Assembly (NCBI RefSeq): GCF_009931435.1
Contig: NZ_CP043414.1
DNA from: Escherichia coli
GTDB taxonomy: Bacteria > Pseudomonadota > Gammaproteobacteria > Enterobacterales > Enterobacteriaceae
Reading direction: 5' to 3' (one strand)
Length of the DNA stretch: 64,000 nt
The notes below the pieces were generated by a model. It was given only the letters and a program-made list of their open reading frames with translations. It made no database searches and was not told the DNA's origin. Both the position numbers and the translations under genes were made by a program. Below, in pieces: positions 13,642-26,926 of this stretch (its first letter is position 1; each line of letters opens with the position of its first letter).

Positions 13642-14946
13642 TTAATGCAACTTCAAACGTGGACGGATAACGCGGTTAATACTCCCCACCAGCATCATTA
13701 ATCCGGTTTTAAAGTAACCATGCAGCGCAATCTGATGCATTCTGTATAGCGAGATGTATACAAAGCGCGCAATTCGTCCTTCAATCATCATTGAGCCGCG
13801 CGTCAGGTTACCCATCAGGCTACCGACGGTGGAGAAGTTCGACAGCGATACCAGAGAACCGTGATCTTTATACTGATAATTTTTCAGCGGCTTACCGTTC
13901 ATCTGCGCCAGAATGTTGTTCATTGCGCAGGTTGCCATCTGGTGTGCGGCCTGCGCACGCGGCGGAACAAAGCCCCCTTCCGGACGCGGGCATGACGCGC
14001 AGTCGCCAATAGCGTATATGTCTGGATCGCGAGTGGTTTGCAGCGTCGGTTCCACCACCAGCTGGTTGATACGGTTGGTTTCAAGACCACCGATATCTTT
14101 CAGGAAGTCTGGCGCTTTGATCCCGGCTGCCCACACCATCAGATCAGCCTCAATATATTCACCATCTTTAGTGTGCAGGCCGCCTTCATCAGCACTGGTG
14201 ACCATGGTTTGCGTCAGCACGCGAACGCCAAGTTTCGTTAACTCATTATGGGCCGCAGCAGAGATACGTGGCGGTAATGCAGGCAAAATACGTTCGCCCG
14301 CTTCTACCAGTGTTACGTTCAGGGCTTCGTTGGTCAGGCCTTTGTAACCATAGCTGTGCAGTTGCTTGACCGCGTTGTGCAATTCTGCGGAGAGTTCTAC
14401 ACCCGTCGCGCCGCCGCCGACAATCGCAATGTTCACTTTACCATTCGCGCCCAGGTTGGCGGAGTATTTCAGGAACAGATTCAGCATCTCCTGATGGAAA
14501 CGACGCGCCTGATGCGGGTTATCGAGGAAAATGCAGTTCTCTTTGACTCCTGGCGTATTGAAATCGTTAGAGGTGCTGCCCAACGCCATTACCAGGGTGT
14601 CATAGGCGATTTTACGTTCCGGAACCAGCAGTTCACCTTTCTCGTCGCGCAGTTCTGCAATAGTGATTGTTTTCGCTTCACGATCGATATCAATGACGGA
14701 ACCCAGCTGGAACTGGAAACCATGATTGCGCGCATGGGCCAGATAGCTCAACGCATCGACGCCTTCATCAAGCGAGCCAGTCGCCACTTCGTGCAGCAGC
14801 GGTTTCCACAAGTGGCTGTGGTTACGATCGACCAGCGTAATTTTGGCTTTTTTCTTGCGTCCCAGCTTATGTCCCAGCTGTGTCGCCATTTCCAGCCCAC
14901 CAGCACCGCCGCCGACAATCACAATTTTTTTCAATGGCGTAGTCAA
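13642..14946 (-). CDS. ndh: Type II NADH:quinone oxidoreductase (NDH-2)
   Basis: Start at TTG 14946 gives [25 protein letters not shown] (434 aa) with two dinucleotide-binding motifs; the track ORF begins 9 codons upstream. Confidence 0.9.
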
Positions 14947-15208
14947 CGTGACCCCCTTAAATTTATTAACCAATTGTTAACTAATGGTTATTAATATAGC
15001 TCTTAATTAACAACAGGTTACAGCAATGAAAATGTTCTTCGTTATTGAGAATAACATGAATGGTGCATTGGTCATACCAAAATTGATGTTAATCAAGTTT
15101 TGTTGCTGAAAAGATAGGCTGATTTACCGGATGAGATCAAAAAATACAGCTTATTGTTTATTATTTAAACGAATTCAGGAGGGTGAGACGTATATGGAGG
15201 GCGTTTGG

Positions 15209-15339
15209 TAGGCCTGATAAGACGCGAGCGGCGTCGCATCAGGCACATTGCCAGTGTCGGATGCGGCGTGAACGCCCTATCCGACCTACAGAATTTACAG
15301 AATCTGGAACGCATCAGGTATCAGCAAGGTTACCTGATG
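15209..15339. repeat. REP/BIME cluster plus perfect 9-bp-arm inverted repeat downstream of ycfP
   Basis: taggcctgataagacgcgagcggcgtcgcatcaggc, gtcggatgcggcgtgaacgccctatccgacctac, and catcaggta-N10-tacctgatg. Confidence 0.7.
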
Positions 15340-15351
15340 CGACGAGGGCAT

Positions 15352-15894
15352 TTAACCGAGGGTTTTGAACGCTTTAATGCGCTGCAAATGCGGGGAGATA
15401 TTCTTGAATTTGTGCGTCTGCTCTTCGTCCCAGACAATCTCGTAATAATGATGCAACTCTTCAGATGTCCGCTGGCTGTTAAGCGCTTCATCGTTACGCG
15501 ACAAAATCACCAGACAGCGATCGCGATTCTTCTCGCGGAAGTTGGTCACACACTTAGTGGTAATATCGGCATACTCTTCCGGGCGATCAATCTTGCCTTC
15601 CATGTTCTCATAAGGGAACAAATTAGGATTGAAGATCACCTGGCGGATATCGCAAAGAAAACCAATTCGCTCCGCCCAGTATCCGCCCAGACCAACGCCG
15701 CATATCAGCGGACGCTCATCGACGTTTAGTTGCAGCATTTTGTCCACTTCTTTGAGCAGATGCTGCATATCATGTTTCGGATGCCGCGTACTGTAGCTTA
15801 TCAAGCGTACATCCGGGTCAATAAACTGCAATTGTAAGACTTTCTCGTGGTTACCCGGACTGTTAGAGTCAAAACCGTGTAAATAGATAATCAT
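15352..15894 (-). CDS. ycfP: UPF0227 alpha/beta-hydrolase (esterase) YcfP
   Basis: Start at internal ATG ([18 protein letters not shown]) gives 180 aa. Confidence 0.88.
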   Translation of the reverse strand: MIIYLHGFDSNSPGNHEKVLQLQFIDPDVRLISYSTRHPKHDMQHLLKEVDKMLQLNVDERPLICGVGLGGYWAERIGFLCDIRQVIFNPNLFPYENMEGKIDRPEEYADITTKCVTNFREKNRDRCLVILSRNDEALNSQRTSEELHHYYEIVWDEEQTHKFKNISPHLQRIKAFKTLG

Positions 15895-15916
15895 CGCTTC
15901 CTCACATAAGCCAGGG

Positions 15917-17757
<1,841 letters not shown>

Positions 17758-17777
<20 letters not shown>

Positions 17778-18399
17778 CTTTACCTGACCAGATAATTTCG
17801 CCCGTCTGCACCAGCATTAGCTGCATTTGTAGGGTCGGAGCGTTAACGTTGCCAGAGGCGCTGGAGTACAGCACGTAATGAGCACCGACGTTGCGGGCAA
17901 TGCCTATGGCTTTACTACGGGTGCCTAAACTGTCCTGCGGCGACAAACCTAACTGTTGCTTAGCCATCGACAGTTGCTGGGCGGAAACCAGGGTAAATTT
18001 ACCGTTATTAGCCAGCGCATTTCGCAGCGTTTCGGTCGCTTCTGCGGCATTCAGCGAACCGTTAGTACGGTTGTTGACGCTATCAACCAGCAGGACGCTA
18101 CCCGCAGTCACGCCGTCAGCCCCAAGCATCTTACTGACCATCGGCTGCATTGCGCCATTCCAGTCATAATGGCGAATATGCGGCGCAGGCGGTGCGGTTT
18201 GATCTTCATGCTCAATTGGCCCTGGCTGCTGCGGGATCGTCGGCACCGAGGGCACTGTGGGCACAGGCTGTTGTGGCTCGGCAGGTTGTTCCGGCGCTGG
18301 TTTCACTTCTTCTACCGGTGCAGGTTCACGTTGCCCCACACACCCGGCGAGAAACATCGCCAGCGCGGCAATCAAAGCGTAGCGACTCATTTTTATCAT
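17758..18399 (-). CDS. lpoB: Outer-membrane lipoprotein LpoB (PBP1b activator)
   Basis: Lipoprotein signal with lipobox LAGC followed by a Pro/Gln-rich linker; 213 aa from the second Met. Confidence 0.88.
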
Positions 18400-18412
18400 C
18401 AAGATTCACCCC

Positions 18413-18790
18413 TTACAAATATAGATAAAGTCTGACTTTGTGCGCCCCCAGAAAATTGGCGCTGCCGTATAGCGTTACCGCCGAATGTGCGGGAATGGTA
18501 ACGCTGCGTGGCGTTTCCAGAGGATGCATCTCAAGTCCTCTGGCGTCATACCAGTAAAAACGATAATGAACGGTAACGGGTTCTTGCCTTTCGTTATAAA
18601 GCGTTGAGGATGCTGAAGGTTGAATATCAGACGTTGAAAGGACGGGCTTTTCTGCACTGATGCCCGCAGCCAATAAAGATGACTCCATCACCAGCGATTG
18701 CTCATCATTCACCGGAATTTCCGGATGTGAACGACAGCCCACCAGCACTAACAACGCCAGAGACACCAGCCCAAAGCATCCTTTTCTCAT
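18413..18790 (-). CDS. ycfL: Lipoprotein YcfL
   Basis: 125-aa ORF with lipobox LVGC. Confidence 0.85.
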   Translation of the reverse strand: MRKGCFGLVSLALLVLVGCRSHPEIPVNDEQSLVMESSLLAAGISAEKPVLSTSDIQPSASSTLYNERQEPVTVHYRFYWYDARGLEMHPLETPRSVTIPAHSAVTLYGSANFLGAHKVRLYLYL

Positions 18791-18792
18791 CG

Positions 18793-19152
18793 TTACAGAC
18801 CTTTATGCGCCAGCATTGGTCCCAGCGGACGGCCACCCAACAAGTGCATATGGATGTGATACACCTCTTGTCCGCCATGGCGATTGGTGTTCATGATCAG
18901 ACGATAGCCATCTTCGGCAATACCTTCTTGCTCAGCAATTTTTGCCGCTACGGTGATCATGCGTCCCAGCGCCTGCTCATGCTCAGCAGACACGTCGTTC
19001 ACAGTCGGAATGAGGATATTTGGAATGATCAGAATATGCGTTGGCGCTTGCGGCGAAATATCGCGAAACGCCGTTACCAGATCATCCTGGTAGACGATAT
19101 CGGAGGGGATCTCACGACGAATAATTTTGCTAAATATAGTTTCTTCTGCCAC
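18793..19152 (-). CDS. hinT: Purine nucleoside phosphoramidase HinT (HIT family)
   Basis: HIT histidine triad HIHMHLL; start at GTG 19152 gives 119 aa ([15 protein letters not shown]...); the track ORF starts 6 codons upstream. Confidence 0.85.
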   Translation of the reverse strand: MAEETIFSKIIRREIPSDIVYQDDLVTAFRDISPQAPTHILIIPNILIPTVNDVSAEHEQALGRMITVAAKIAEQEGIAEDGYRLIMNTNRHGGQEVYHIHMHLLGGRPLGPMLAHKGL

Positions 19153-19360
19153 GACATTTTCCTTTTTCAAATAGCCATGCGTTGCGCCATGCTACGCCGC
19201 GCCATACTGCGAGTATAGAGTATGGTCGAGTTAAACCTGCTCTTTCAACCTTAACTCACGATTTCTTAAGCAAAAAATCGTTTTACTGCCGTATATATCG
19301 TCATTATTCCCATTTCTGCCTGCGAATTCGCTGAAAAGACATTCTCTGTTTGGTTTACAC

Positions 19361-19390
19361 GCCAAATATGAATGCGTATATTTCTCATTT
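19361..19390 (+). promoter_or_regulatory. Candidate Fur box in the fhuE promoter
   Basis: AT-rich sequence with partial similarity to the Fur consensus on the bottom strand (aatgagaaatatacgcattc); weak match, supported mainly by fhuE being a known iron-regulated gene. Confidence 0.3.
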
Positions 19391-19485
19391 GCATTTACAT
19401 GCAAAATTATTCGCACACTATATATAACCGCTCATCATCCTCCTCCGGCATGAGCCTGACGACAACATAAACCAAGAGATTTCAA

Positions 19486-21675
19486 ATGCTTTCAACACAA
19501 TTTAACAGGGATAATCAACATCAAACCACCTCCAAACCGTCACTACTCGCCGGTTGCATAGCACTGGCACTCTTACCTTCCGCCGCTTTTGCTGCACCAG
19601 CCACTGAAGAAACGGTGATTGTTGAGGGTTCCGCCACTACTCCAGTTGATGACGAAAATGATTACAGCGTAACGTCTACCTCTGCGGGTACCAAAATGCA
19701 GATGACTCAACGTGATATTCCTCAGTCGGTCACTATTGTTAGTCAGCAGCGGATGGAAGATCAGCAGTTACAAACGCTGGGCGAAGTGATGGAAAACACG
19801 CTGGGGATCAGCAAAAGTCAGGCGGATTCCGATCGTGCTCTTTATTATTCCCGCGGATTCCAGATCGATAACTATATGGTTGATGGTATCCCCACCTATT
19901 TTGAATCGCGCTGGAATCTGGGCGACGCACTTTCTGATATGGCACTGTTTGAACGCGTAGAAGTAGTGCGTGGCGCGACAGGACTCATGACCGGTACGGG
20001 TAATCCATCTGCGGCAATTAATATGGTTCGAAAACACGCGACCAGTCGTGAATTTAAAGGCGATGTCTCGGCAGAATACGGTAGCTGGAACAAAGAACGG
20101 TATGTAGCGGATTTACAAAGTCCACTCACCGAAGATGGTAAAATCCGCGCGCGAATTGTCGGCGGCTACCAGAATAACGACTCATGGCTGGACCGCTACA
20201 ACAGTGAAAAGACCTTCTTCTCCGGCATTGTCGATGCTGATTTAGGCGATCTTACGACGCTTTCAGGCGGTTACGAATATCAGCGCATTGATGTTAATAG
20301 CCCAACCTGGGGCGGTTTACCGCGCTGGAATACTGATGGCAGCAGCAACAGTTACGATCGCGCACGCAGTACCGCACCTGACTGGGCGTACAACGATAAA
20401 GAGATCAACAAGGTCTTTATGACCCTGAAGCAGCGGTTTGCTGATACCTGGCAAGCGACACTGAATGCCACCCACTCCGAAGTCGAATTTGACAGCAAAA
20501 TGATGTATGTCGATGCCTATGTAAACAAAGCGGATGGTATGCTGGTTGGGCCATACAGTAATTATGGACCTGGCTTTGATTATGTCGGCGGCACCGGTTG
20601 GAACAGCGGCAAACGTAAAGTTGATGCGCTGGATTTGTTCGCTGACGGTAGTTATGAATTGTTTGGTCGTCAGCACAATCTCATGTTTGGTGGCAGTTAC
20701 AGCAAACAAAACAATCGTTACTTCAGTTCATGGGCCAACATCTTCCCGGATGAAATTGGCAGTTTCTACAACTTTAATGGCAATTTCCCACAAACCGACT
20801 GGTCACCACAGAGTCTGGCGCAGGACGATACCACACATATGAAATCGTTATATGCTGCCACTCGTGTCACCCTTGCCGATCCGCTGCATCTGATCCTTGG
20901 CGCACGTTATACCAACTGGCGGGTTGATACGCTGACTTACAGCATGGAGAAAAACCACACCACGCCTTATGCTGGTCTGGTGTTTGACATTAATGACAAC
21001 TGGTCGACCTACGCCAGCTATACCTCTATTTTCCAGCCGCAAAATGATCGTGACAGTTCAGGCAAATATCTGGCTCCAATCACCGGTAACAACTACGAGC
21101 TGGGTCTGAAATCGGACTGGATGAATAGCCGTCTGACCACCACGTTAGCCATCTTCCGTATTGAGCAGGATAATGTCGCTCAGTCCACCGGTACACCTAT
21201 CCCCGGCAGCAACGGCGAAACCGCCTATAAAGCGGTGGATGGGACAGTCAGTAAAGGTGTGGAATTTGAACTCAACGGCGCAATTACCGACAACTGGCAG
21301 CTGACGTTTGGCGCAACGCGCTATATTGCAGAAGATAACGAAGGAAACGCCGTTAATCCTAATCTGCCACGCACCACGGTTAAAATGTTCACCAGCTATC
21401 GGTTACCTGTCATGCCAGAGTTGACGGTCGGCGGTGGTGTTAACTGGCAAAATCGCGTGTATACCGACACCGTGACACCGTATGGCACCTTCCGCGCCGA
21501 GCAAGGTAGCTACGCGCTGGTGGATCTCTTCACCCGCTACCAGGTGACGAAAAACTTCTCGTTACAGGGGAACGTCAATAACCTGTTCGACAAAACCTAC
21601 GATACCAACGTGGAAGGTTCTATCGTCTACGGCGCACCGCGTAATTTCAGCATTACCGGCACGTATCAATTCTGA
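19486..21675 (+). CDS. fhuE: TonB-dependent outer-membrane receptor for coprogen/ferric rhodotorulic acid FhuE
   Basis: 729-aa ORF with signal peptide and C-terminal ...TGTYQF terminal aromatic residue. Confidence 0.92.
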   Translation: MLSTQFNRDNQHQTTSKPSLLAGCIALALLPSAAFAAPATEETVIVEGSATTPVDDENDYSVTSTSAGTKMQMTQRDIPQSVTIVSQQRMEDQQLQTLGEVMENTLGISKSQADSDRALYYSRGFQIDNYMVDGIPTYFESRWNLGDALSDMALFERVEVVRGATGLMTGTGNPSAAINMVRKHATSREFKGDVSAEYGSWNKERYVADLQSPLTEDGKIRARIVGGYQNNDSWLDRYNSEKTFFSGIVDADLGDLTTLSGGYEYQRIDVNSPTWGGLPRWNTDGSSNSYDRARSTAPDWAYNDKEINKVFMTLKQRFADTWQATLNATHSEVEFDSKMMYVDAYVNKADGMLVGPYSNYGPGFDYVGGTGWNSGKRKVDALDLFADGSYELFGRQHNLMFGGSYSKQNNRYFSSWANIFPDEIGSFYNFNGNFPQTDWSPQSLAQDDTTHMKSLYAATRVTLADPLHLILGARYTNWRVDTLTYSMEKNHTTPYAGLVFDINDNWSTYASYTSIFQPQNDRDSSGKYLAPITGNNYELGLKSDWMNSRLTTTLAIFRIEQDNVAQSTGTPIPGSNGETAYKAVDGTVSKGVEFELNGAITDNWQLTFGATRYIAEDNEGNAVNPNLPRTTVKMFTSYRLPVMPELTVGGGVNWQNRVYTDTVTPYGTFRAEQGSYALVDLFTRYQVTKNFSLQGNVNNLFDKTYDTNVEGSIVYGAPRNFSITGTYQF

Positions 21676-21685
21676 ATAACACCTG

Positions 21686-21712
21686 TAAAAAAGGCAGCCA
21701 TCTGGCTGCCTT
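21686..21712. terminator. Intrinsic terminator in the fhuE/ptsG convergent gap (mainly for ptsG)
   Basis: Hairpin ggcagcca-tctg-gctgcc preceded by A7 on the + strand, i.e. a U-run after the hairpin on the minus transcript. Confidence 0.6.
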
Positions 21713-21734
21713 AGTCTCCCCAACGTCTTACGGA

Positions 21735-23168
21735 TTAGTGGTTACGGATGTACTCATCCATCTCGGTTTTCAGGTTATCGGATTTAGTACCGAAAATCGC
21801 CTGAACACCAGAACCAGCAACCACTACGCCCGCTGCGCCCAGTTTCTTCAGGCCAGCCTGATCCACTTTAGACACATCAGCAACGCTGACGCGCAGACGG
21901 GTAATACATGCGTCGAGGTTAGTGATGTTTTCTTTACCACCAAACGCAGCAACCAGAGCCGGTGCCATTTCGCTGGTACCTGTCGCTTTTGCATCATCAG
22001 TCGCGTCTTCACGACCCGGCGTTTTCAGATCCAGTGCTTTAATCAGCACGCGGAAGATGGTGTAGTAAACAATTGCATAACCGATACCGACGATCGGGAA
22101 CAGCCACAGTTTGCTGCTGTTACCAGACAGAACGATGAAGTCGATCAGACCGTGCGAGAACGACGTACCGTCACGCATCCCCAGAAGAATACAGATAGGG
22201 AATGCCAGGCCTGCCAGAATCGCGTGGATGATGTACAGGATCGGCGCAACGAACATGAAGGAGAACTCGATAGGCTCGGTGATACCGGTCAGGAACGAGG
22301 TCAGCGCCGCGGAGATCATGATACCGCCCACTTTCGCGCGGTTTTCCGGTTTAGCAGAGTGCCAGATAGCAATTGCGGCAGCTGGCAGACCGTACATTTT
22401 GAACAGGAAGCCGCCAGACAGTTTACCCGCAGTCGGGTCACCCGCCATATAACGCGGAATGTCGCCGTGGAAAACCTGACCTGCAGCGTTGGTGTATTCA
22501 CCAATCTGCATCTGGAAAGGTACGTTCCAGATGTGGTGCAGACCAAACGGTACCAGGCAACGTTCGATGAAACCGTAAATGCCAAACGCAACTACCGGGT
22601 TCTGGTAAGCAGCCCACTGAGAGAAGGTCTGGATTGCAGAACCAATAGGCGGCCAAATGAAGGACAGCACAACGCCAGTAAAGATGGCAGCCAGGCCTGA
22701 AATGATCGGCACAAAGCGTTTACCGGCAAAGAAGCCAAGATACTCAGGCAGCTTAATACGGTAGAAACGGTTAAACATGTACGCTGCGATCGCACCGGAG
22801 ATGATCCCCCCGAGTACGCCAGTATCCGCCAGGTGTTTAGAGGCGATTTCTTCAGCAGGTAAATGCAGTACCAGTGGCGCAACCACGGCCATGGTTTTAA
22901 CCATGATGCCATAGGCAACAACTGCGGCCAGCGCGGATACGCCATCGTTATTGGTAAAGCCGAGGGCGACACCGATCGCAAAAATCAGTGGCATGTTTGC
23001 AAAGACGGAACCGCCTGCTTCTGCCATAACATGCGATACAACGGCGGGCAGCCAGCTGAAATTCGCGGAACCGACGCCCAGCAGAATACCTGCGATAGGC
23101 AGTACGGATACCGGCAGCATCAGCGATTTACCGACCTTTTGCAGGTTAGCAAATGCATTCTTAAACAT
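21735..23168 (-). CDS. ptsG: Glucose-specific PTS enzyme IICB
   Basis: 477-aa [36 protein letters not shown]... with C-terminal EIIB motif [13 protein letters not shown]. Confidence 0.95.
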
Positions 23169-23200
23169 AATTGAGAGTGCTCCTGAGTATGGGTGCTTTT
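23169..23200 (-). promoter_or_regulatory. ptsG 5' leader / RBS region, the known SgrS pairing target
   Basis: Minus-strand sequence aaaagcacccatactcaggagcactctcaattATG directly upstream of the start codon. Confidence 0.6.
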
Positions 23201-23461
23201 TTACGTTCTCACGCGTGGCAAGGGGGGAGAGCCTCGCCGTGTACAGGGCATCTAAGCGCCCTTTATTTATTACACAGAGTAAAATAATTCAGTGCCGATT
23301 TGTTTGACGGCTATCACGTTTCAACTTCAGATCATTGGAGAAGTTGCACATTTTGACAAAACATATGTCACAATATTTCAAACGTGGTTATTCACCGCCC
23401 AATTTTCGGCGGTGAACTTTACTCGTTTTAGCCATTAATTACGAGCTTTAAAAAAACTCAT

Positions 23462-24259
23462 TCAAAGGATGGATTGAAGGCGGGAAGCGTCGATGTGAAA
23501 CAGACGGGCGAAGTTATCGGTGGTTACCTGCGCCAGTTCTTCAACGGCAACACCTTTCAACACAGCCATGTATTCTGCAACGTCACGAACCATCGCAGGT
23601 TGATTCTCTTTTCCTCGATGCGGAACCGGTGCAAGGTAAGGTGAGTCAGTTTCTACCAGTAACCGATCGAGGGGGACATAACGCGCGGCATCGCGCAGTT
23701 GCTCCGCATTACGGAAGGTCACAATGCCGGAAAAGGAGATGTAAAATCCGAGATCCAGTAATTTACCCGCCGTTTCTCTGTCCTCTGTAAAACAGTGTAG
23801 TACGCCACCACAATCCGTCACTTTTTCTTCGCGCAGAATTGCCAGCGTATCGGCGCGGGCGTCACGGGTGTGGACGATAACCGGCTTGTTCAGTTCACGA
23901 CCAATCTGGATATGATGGATGAAGGACTCTTGCTGCCGTACTTTAGTTTCCGGCGTGTAATAATAATCCAACCCGGTTTCACCCAGCGCAACAACGCCCT
24001 CTTCTGCCGCCAGACGGCGTAAATCTTCTACATCGTAGGGATCATTCTGGTTGAGTGGATGCACGCCACAAGAAAATACGACGTTGTCACGTTCGCCTAC
24101 CAGATCCCGCATGTGTAAATAACCCGGTAATGTTGTGGCGACTGCCAGACAAAATTTCACATCGCGTGCGGCGGCTTTCGCCAGAACGTCATCCACGTCC
24201 TTATGCAAAGATTCATAATCCAGACCATCGAGATGGCAGTGTGAGTCGACTAAAAACAT
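23462..24259 (-). CDS. ycfH: TatD-family metal-dependent nuclease YcfH
   Basis: Start at internal ATG ([15 protein letters not shown]) gives 265 aa. Confidence 0.88.
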   Translation of the reverse strand: MFLVDSHCHLDGLDYESLHKDVDDVLAKAAARDVKFCLAVATTLPGYLHMRDLVGERDNVVFSCGVHPLNQNDPYDVEDLRRLAAEEGVVALGETGLDYYYTPETKVRQQESFIHHIQIGRELNKPVIVHTRDARADTLAILREEKVTDCGGVLHCFTEDRETAGKLLDLGFYISFSGIVTFRNAEQLRDAARYVPLDRLLVETDSPYLAPVPHRGKENQPAMVRDVAEYMAVLKGVAVEELAQVTTDNFARLFHIDASRLQSIL

Positions 24260-24269
24260 GATGTTTCTC

Positions 24270-25274
24270 TTAAAGATGAGGAACCGGTAGCACAACGCCC
24301 GGTTGCAGGTAATGCTCAATACGCAGTAAAAGATCGGTGATGAGAAGCTCGCGGTTAATACCTGTGACAGACATTAACTGTTCACGAATGTGGCAAACAT
24401 CCCCCAGTATAGCCTGTAGACGCGAGGGAGAAAGATGGTTTGCCAGTTCGACGACCAGGCCCGGCACATCAACATTGGTAACCTGCGCAGCGCCATGATG
24501 GCGTTTTAGCGCATCCATCAGCAACGTTGCCAGCCAGTGTAAACGCGCCGGAGCTTGTTCATGATTAAGGGCCGCTAGCAGCGAATACCAGTCGCCCGAT
24601 TGCACGCTATATGCCAGCGCCTGACACAATGTTTCACGAGCCTGCCAGATATCTCCCTGAAACAACGCCAGTGCCGCACCAGGCGAACCGGCGCTTAAGC
24701 GCAATGCGGCAAGTAATGTATCCTGTGACATTGTCACTTCGCGTGAAAGCCAAGTCACGGCGTACTGTTCCGGCGGCGGCGCAAGGTAATGTAACCGACA
24801 ACGACTACGTAATGTTGCCAGTAAACGTTCAGGCTCGCGGGTAGCAAGGAAAAACCAGGTTTCTGCTGGCGGCTCTTCAAGCGTTTTCAGCAATGCGTTA
24901 GCCGCAGCGTCGGTCAGTAAGGCAGCATCGGTTACCCAGACAACTTTTGCACCGCCTAAGCGTGCGTGCTCATTCAGCTTTTCGGTAACTTCACGTACCG
25001 CATCAATGCCCAGCGCATTTTTCCCTTTTTCGGGAGCCAGGGTGTAATAATCGGGATGCGTGCCAGCCTGCATCAACTGACATCCACGACAGTGACCGCA
25101 ACTTTTGTGGCCCTGCGGTTGTTGGCAGAGTAAATAACGGCTCAGGGCGTAGATTAAAGCATCCTCGCCCATACCCGGTAACGCCTGAATGAGTAGCGCA
25201 TGGTGACCTCTTCCGGCCTGATAGCTGGCTACCAGTTTTTCGAAATCAGGTCGTAACCATGGATACCATCTCAT
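24270..25274 (-). CDS. holB: DNA polymerase III delta-prime subunit
   Basis: 334-aa [31 protein letters not shown]... with zinc module CGHCRGC; overlaps tmk by 4 nt. Confidence 0.92.
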   Translation of the reverse strand: MRWYPWLRPDFEKLVASYQAGRGHHALLIQALPGMGEDALIYALSRYLLCQQPQGHKSCGHCRGCQLMQAGTHPDYYTLAPEKGKNALGIDAVREVTEKLNEHARLGGAKVVWVTDAALLTDAAANALLKTLEEPPAETWFFLATREPERLLATLRSRCRLHYLAPPPEQYAVTWLSREVTMSQDTLLAALRLSAGSPGAALALFQGDIWQARETLCQALAYSVQSGDWYSLLAALNHEQAPARLHWLATLLMDALKRHHGAAQVTNVDVPGLVVELANHLSPSRLQAILGDVCHIREQLMSVTGINRELLITDLLLRIEHYLQPGVVLPVPHL

Positions 25275-25912
25275 GCGTTCTGCTCCTTAACCCAATTGGT
25301 CACGGTAGTGCGGATTGCATCCATCACGGACTCCAGCGGCTGGGTGGCATCAATGGTATGAATGCTTTTATCTTGTGCTGCCAGTTCCAGATAGCGGGCG
25401 CGGGTGCGATTAAAGAAATCGAAAGACTCTTGCTCAATACGATCCAGCTCGCCGCGCGCACGCGCGCGTTTTAAGCCAACTTCCGGGGTAACATCGAGAT
25501 AGAGCGTTAAGTCGGGGCGAAAATCCCCGAGAACAGCATCACGCAGCGTTGCCAACATATGTTGGTCAATACCACGTCCGCCCCCCTGATACGCTTGAGT
25601 AGAGAGATCGTGGCGGTCGCCAATAACCCAAGTGCCGTTAGCCAGCGCAGGTTTGATGACCGTTTCTACCAGTTGAACGCGCGCGGCATAAAACATCAGA
25701 ACTTCGGCTTTATCGGTAATGACTTCATCGCCTACCGATTTGATATCCAGCACCAGGCTTCTTAACTTTTCGGCAAGTTGCGTACCGCCAGGTTCCCGAG
25801 TGAAAACCATGTCGCGGATACCCAGTTGCTCGAGCGTCTCAACCACCACGTTACGCGCGGTAGTTTTGCCTGCGCCTTCCAGCCCCTCAATGACGATATA
25901 CTTACTGCGCAT
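25271..25912 (-). CDS. tmk: Thymidylate kinase
   Basis: 213-aa ORF with P-loop GLEGAGKTT. Confidence 0.92.
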   Translation of the reverse strand: MRSKYIVIEGLEGAGKTTARNVVVETLEQLGIRDMVFTREPGGTQLAEKLRSLVLDIKSVGDEVITDKAEVLMFYAARVQLVETVIKPALANGTWVIGDRHDLSTQAYQGGGRGIDQHMLATLRDAVLGDFRPDLTLYLDVTPEVGLKRARARGELDRIEQESFDFFNRTRARYLELAAQDKSIHTIDATQPLESVMDAIRTTVTNWVKEQNA

Positions 25913-26924
25913 TTTTTTCCTTAAGCACTTTCAGATAATCCTGCACAGACTTGTTATGACTGGCAAGATTGGTATTAAACGTGTGACCACCTTTACCATC
26001 GGCCACAAAATAGAGATACGGCGTTTTTGCCGGATGCGCAGCAGCCTTCAGCGAATCCGCCCCCGGCGTCGCTATCGCACCTGGCGGCAAACCGGTAATG
26101 GTATAGGTGTTATACGCTGTCGGCGTTTCCAGGTCTGCACGAGAAAGTTTGCCATTATAACGCTCTCCCATCCCGTAAATCACGGTCGGGTCGGTCTGCA
26201 GGCGCATACCAATGCGTAAACGGTTGATAAATACCGAGGCAACCTGATCGCGTTCGCTGGAAACGGCGGTTTCTTTTTCGATAATTGATGCCATCGTCAC
26301 CAACTGGTTTTTATCTTTATAAGGCAGACCGTCCGCACGCCCTTCCCAGGCGCTATCGACCGCTTTCACCATTTTCTTGTGCGCTCGCTTGAGTAACGCG
26401 ACATCGGTGGTATTGGCGGTATACATCCAGGTGTCTGGCCAGAACCAACCTTCAATCCACTCCGGGTTTTCCAGTTCAAGTGCCTGCGCTACGGTGGCGT
26501 ACTTATCGTCGCTCAGCGTGTGTTTGATATACGGGGCCTCACGCAATTGCTTGAGGTAATCGCTCAAACGCATCCCTTCTACCAGTCGCAGAGGGAACTG
26601 TGCTTCTTTACCGCTTTCCAGCAATTTCAGCATCTCACGTACGGTCATCTGCGGTGTAAAGCGGTAAGTCCCGGCTTTAAAGTGAGAAAGATCCGGTTCG
26701 ATACGCAGCAGCCATTGAAAAACCCGTGGGCGATTGATGATCTTATCGGCGTAAAGCTGTTCACCGAGCGCCAGACGTCCGGTCCCTGGCTTCAGGGTAA
26801 ATATCGTCTCTTCTTTGATAAGCAATTTGCTGTCGGCAAGATGGCGAACCTTCCAGACGCCCACACCAGCGGCGATACCCAGTACCACCAGCAATAACAA
26901 GATAATCAATAACACTTTTTTCAT
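25902..26924 (-). CDS. mltG: Endolytic murein transglycosylase MltG (YceG)
   Basis: 340-aa ORF with N-terminal membrane anchor; overlaps tmk by 11 nt. Confidence 0.9.
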   Translation of the reverse strand: MKKVLLIILLLLVVLGIAAGVGVWKVRHLADSKLLIKEETIFTLKPGTGRLALGEQLYADKIINRPRVFQWLLRIEPDLSHFKAGTYRFTPQMTVREMLKLLESGKEAQFPLRLVEGMRLSDYLKQLREAPYIKHTLSDDKYATVAQALELENPEWIEGWFWPDTWMYTANTTDVALLKRAHKKMVKAVDSAWEGRADGLPYKDKNQLVTMASIIEKETAVSSERDQVASVFINRLRIGMRLQTDPTVIYGMGERYNGKLSRADLETPTAYNTYTITGLPPGAIATPGADSLKAAAHPAKTPYLYFVADGKGGHTFNTNLASHNKSVQDYLKVLKEKNAQ

Positions 26925-26926
26925 GA

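Noticed and set aside
14356-14994. 212-aa + strand ORF
   Set aside because: Antisense to ndh across its whole length; the ndh frame carries conserved dinucleotide-binding motifs.
15183-15729. + strand ORFs of 61 and 174 aa starting inside the REP/BIME
   Set aside because: Start within repeat sequence and run antisense through ycfP; REP elements commonly generate spurious ORFs.
21738-22700. 320-aa + strand ORF
   Set aside because: Lies entirely antisense within ptsG, whose product is unambiguous; an open antisense frame caused by strongly biased codon usage, with no independent start context or domain.
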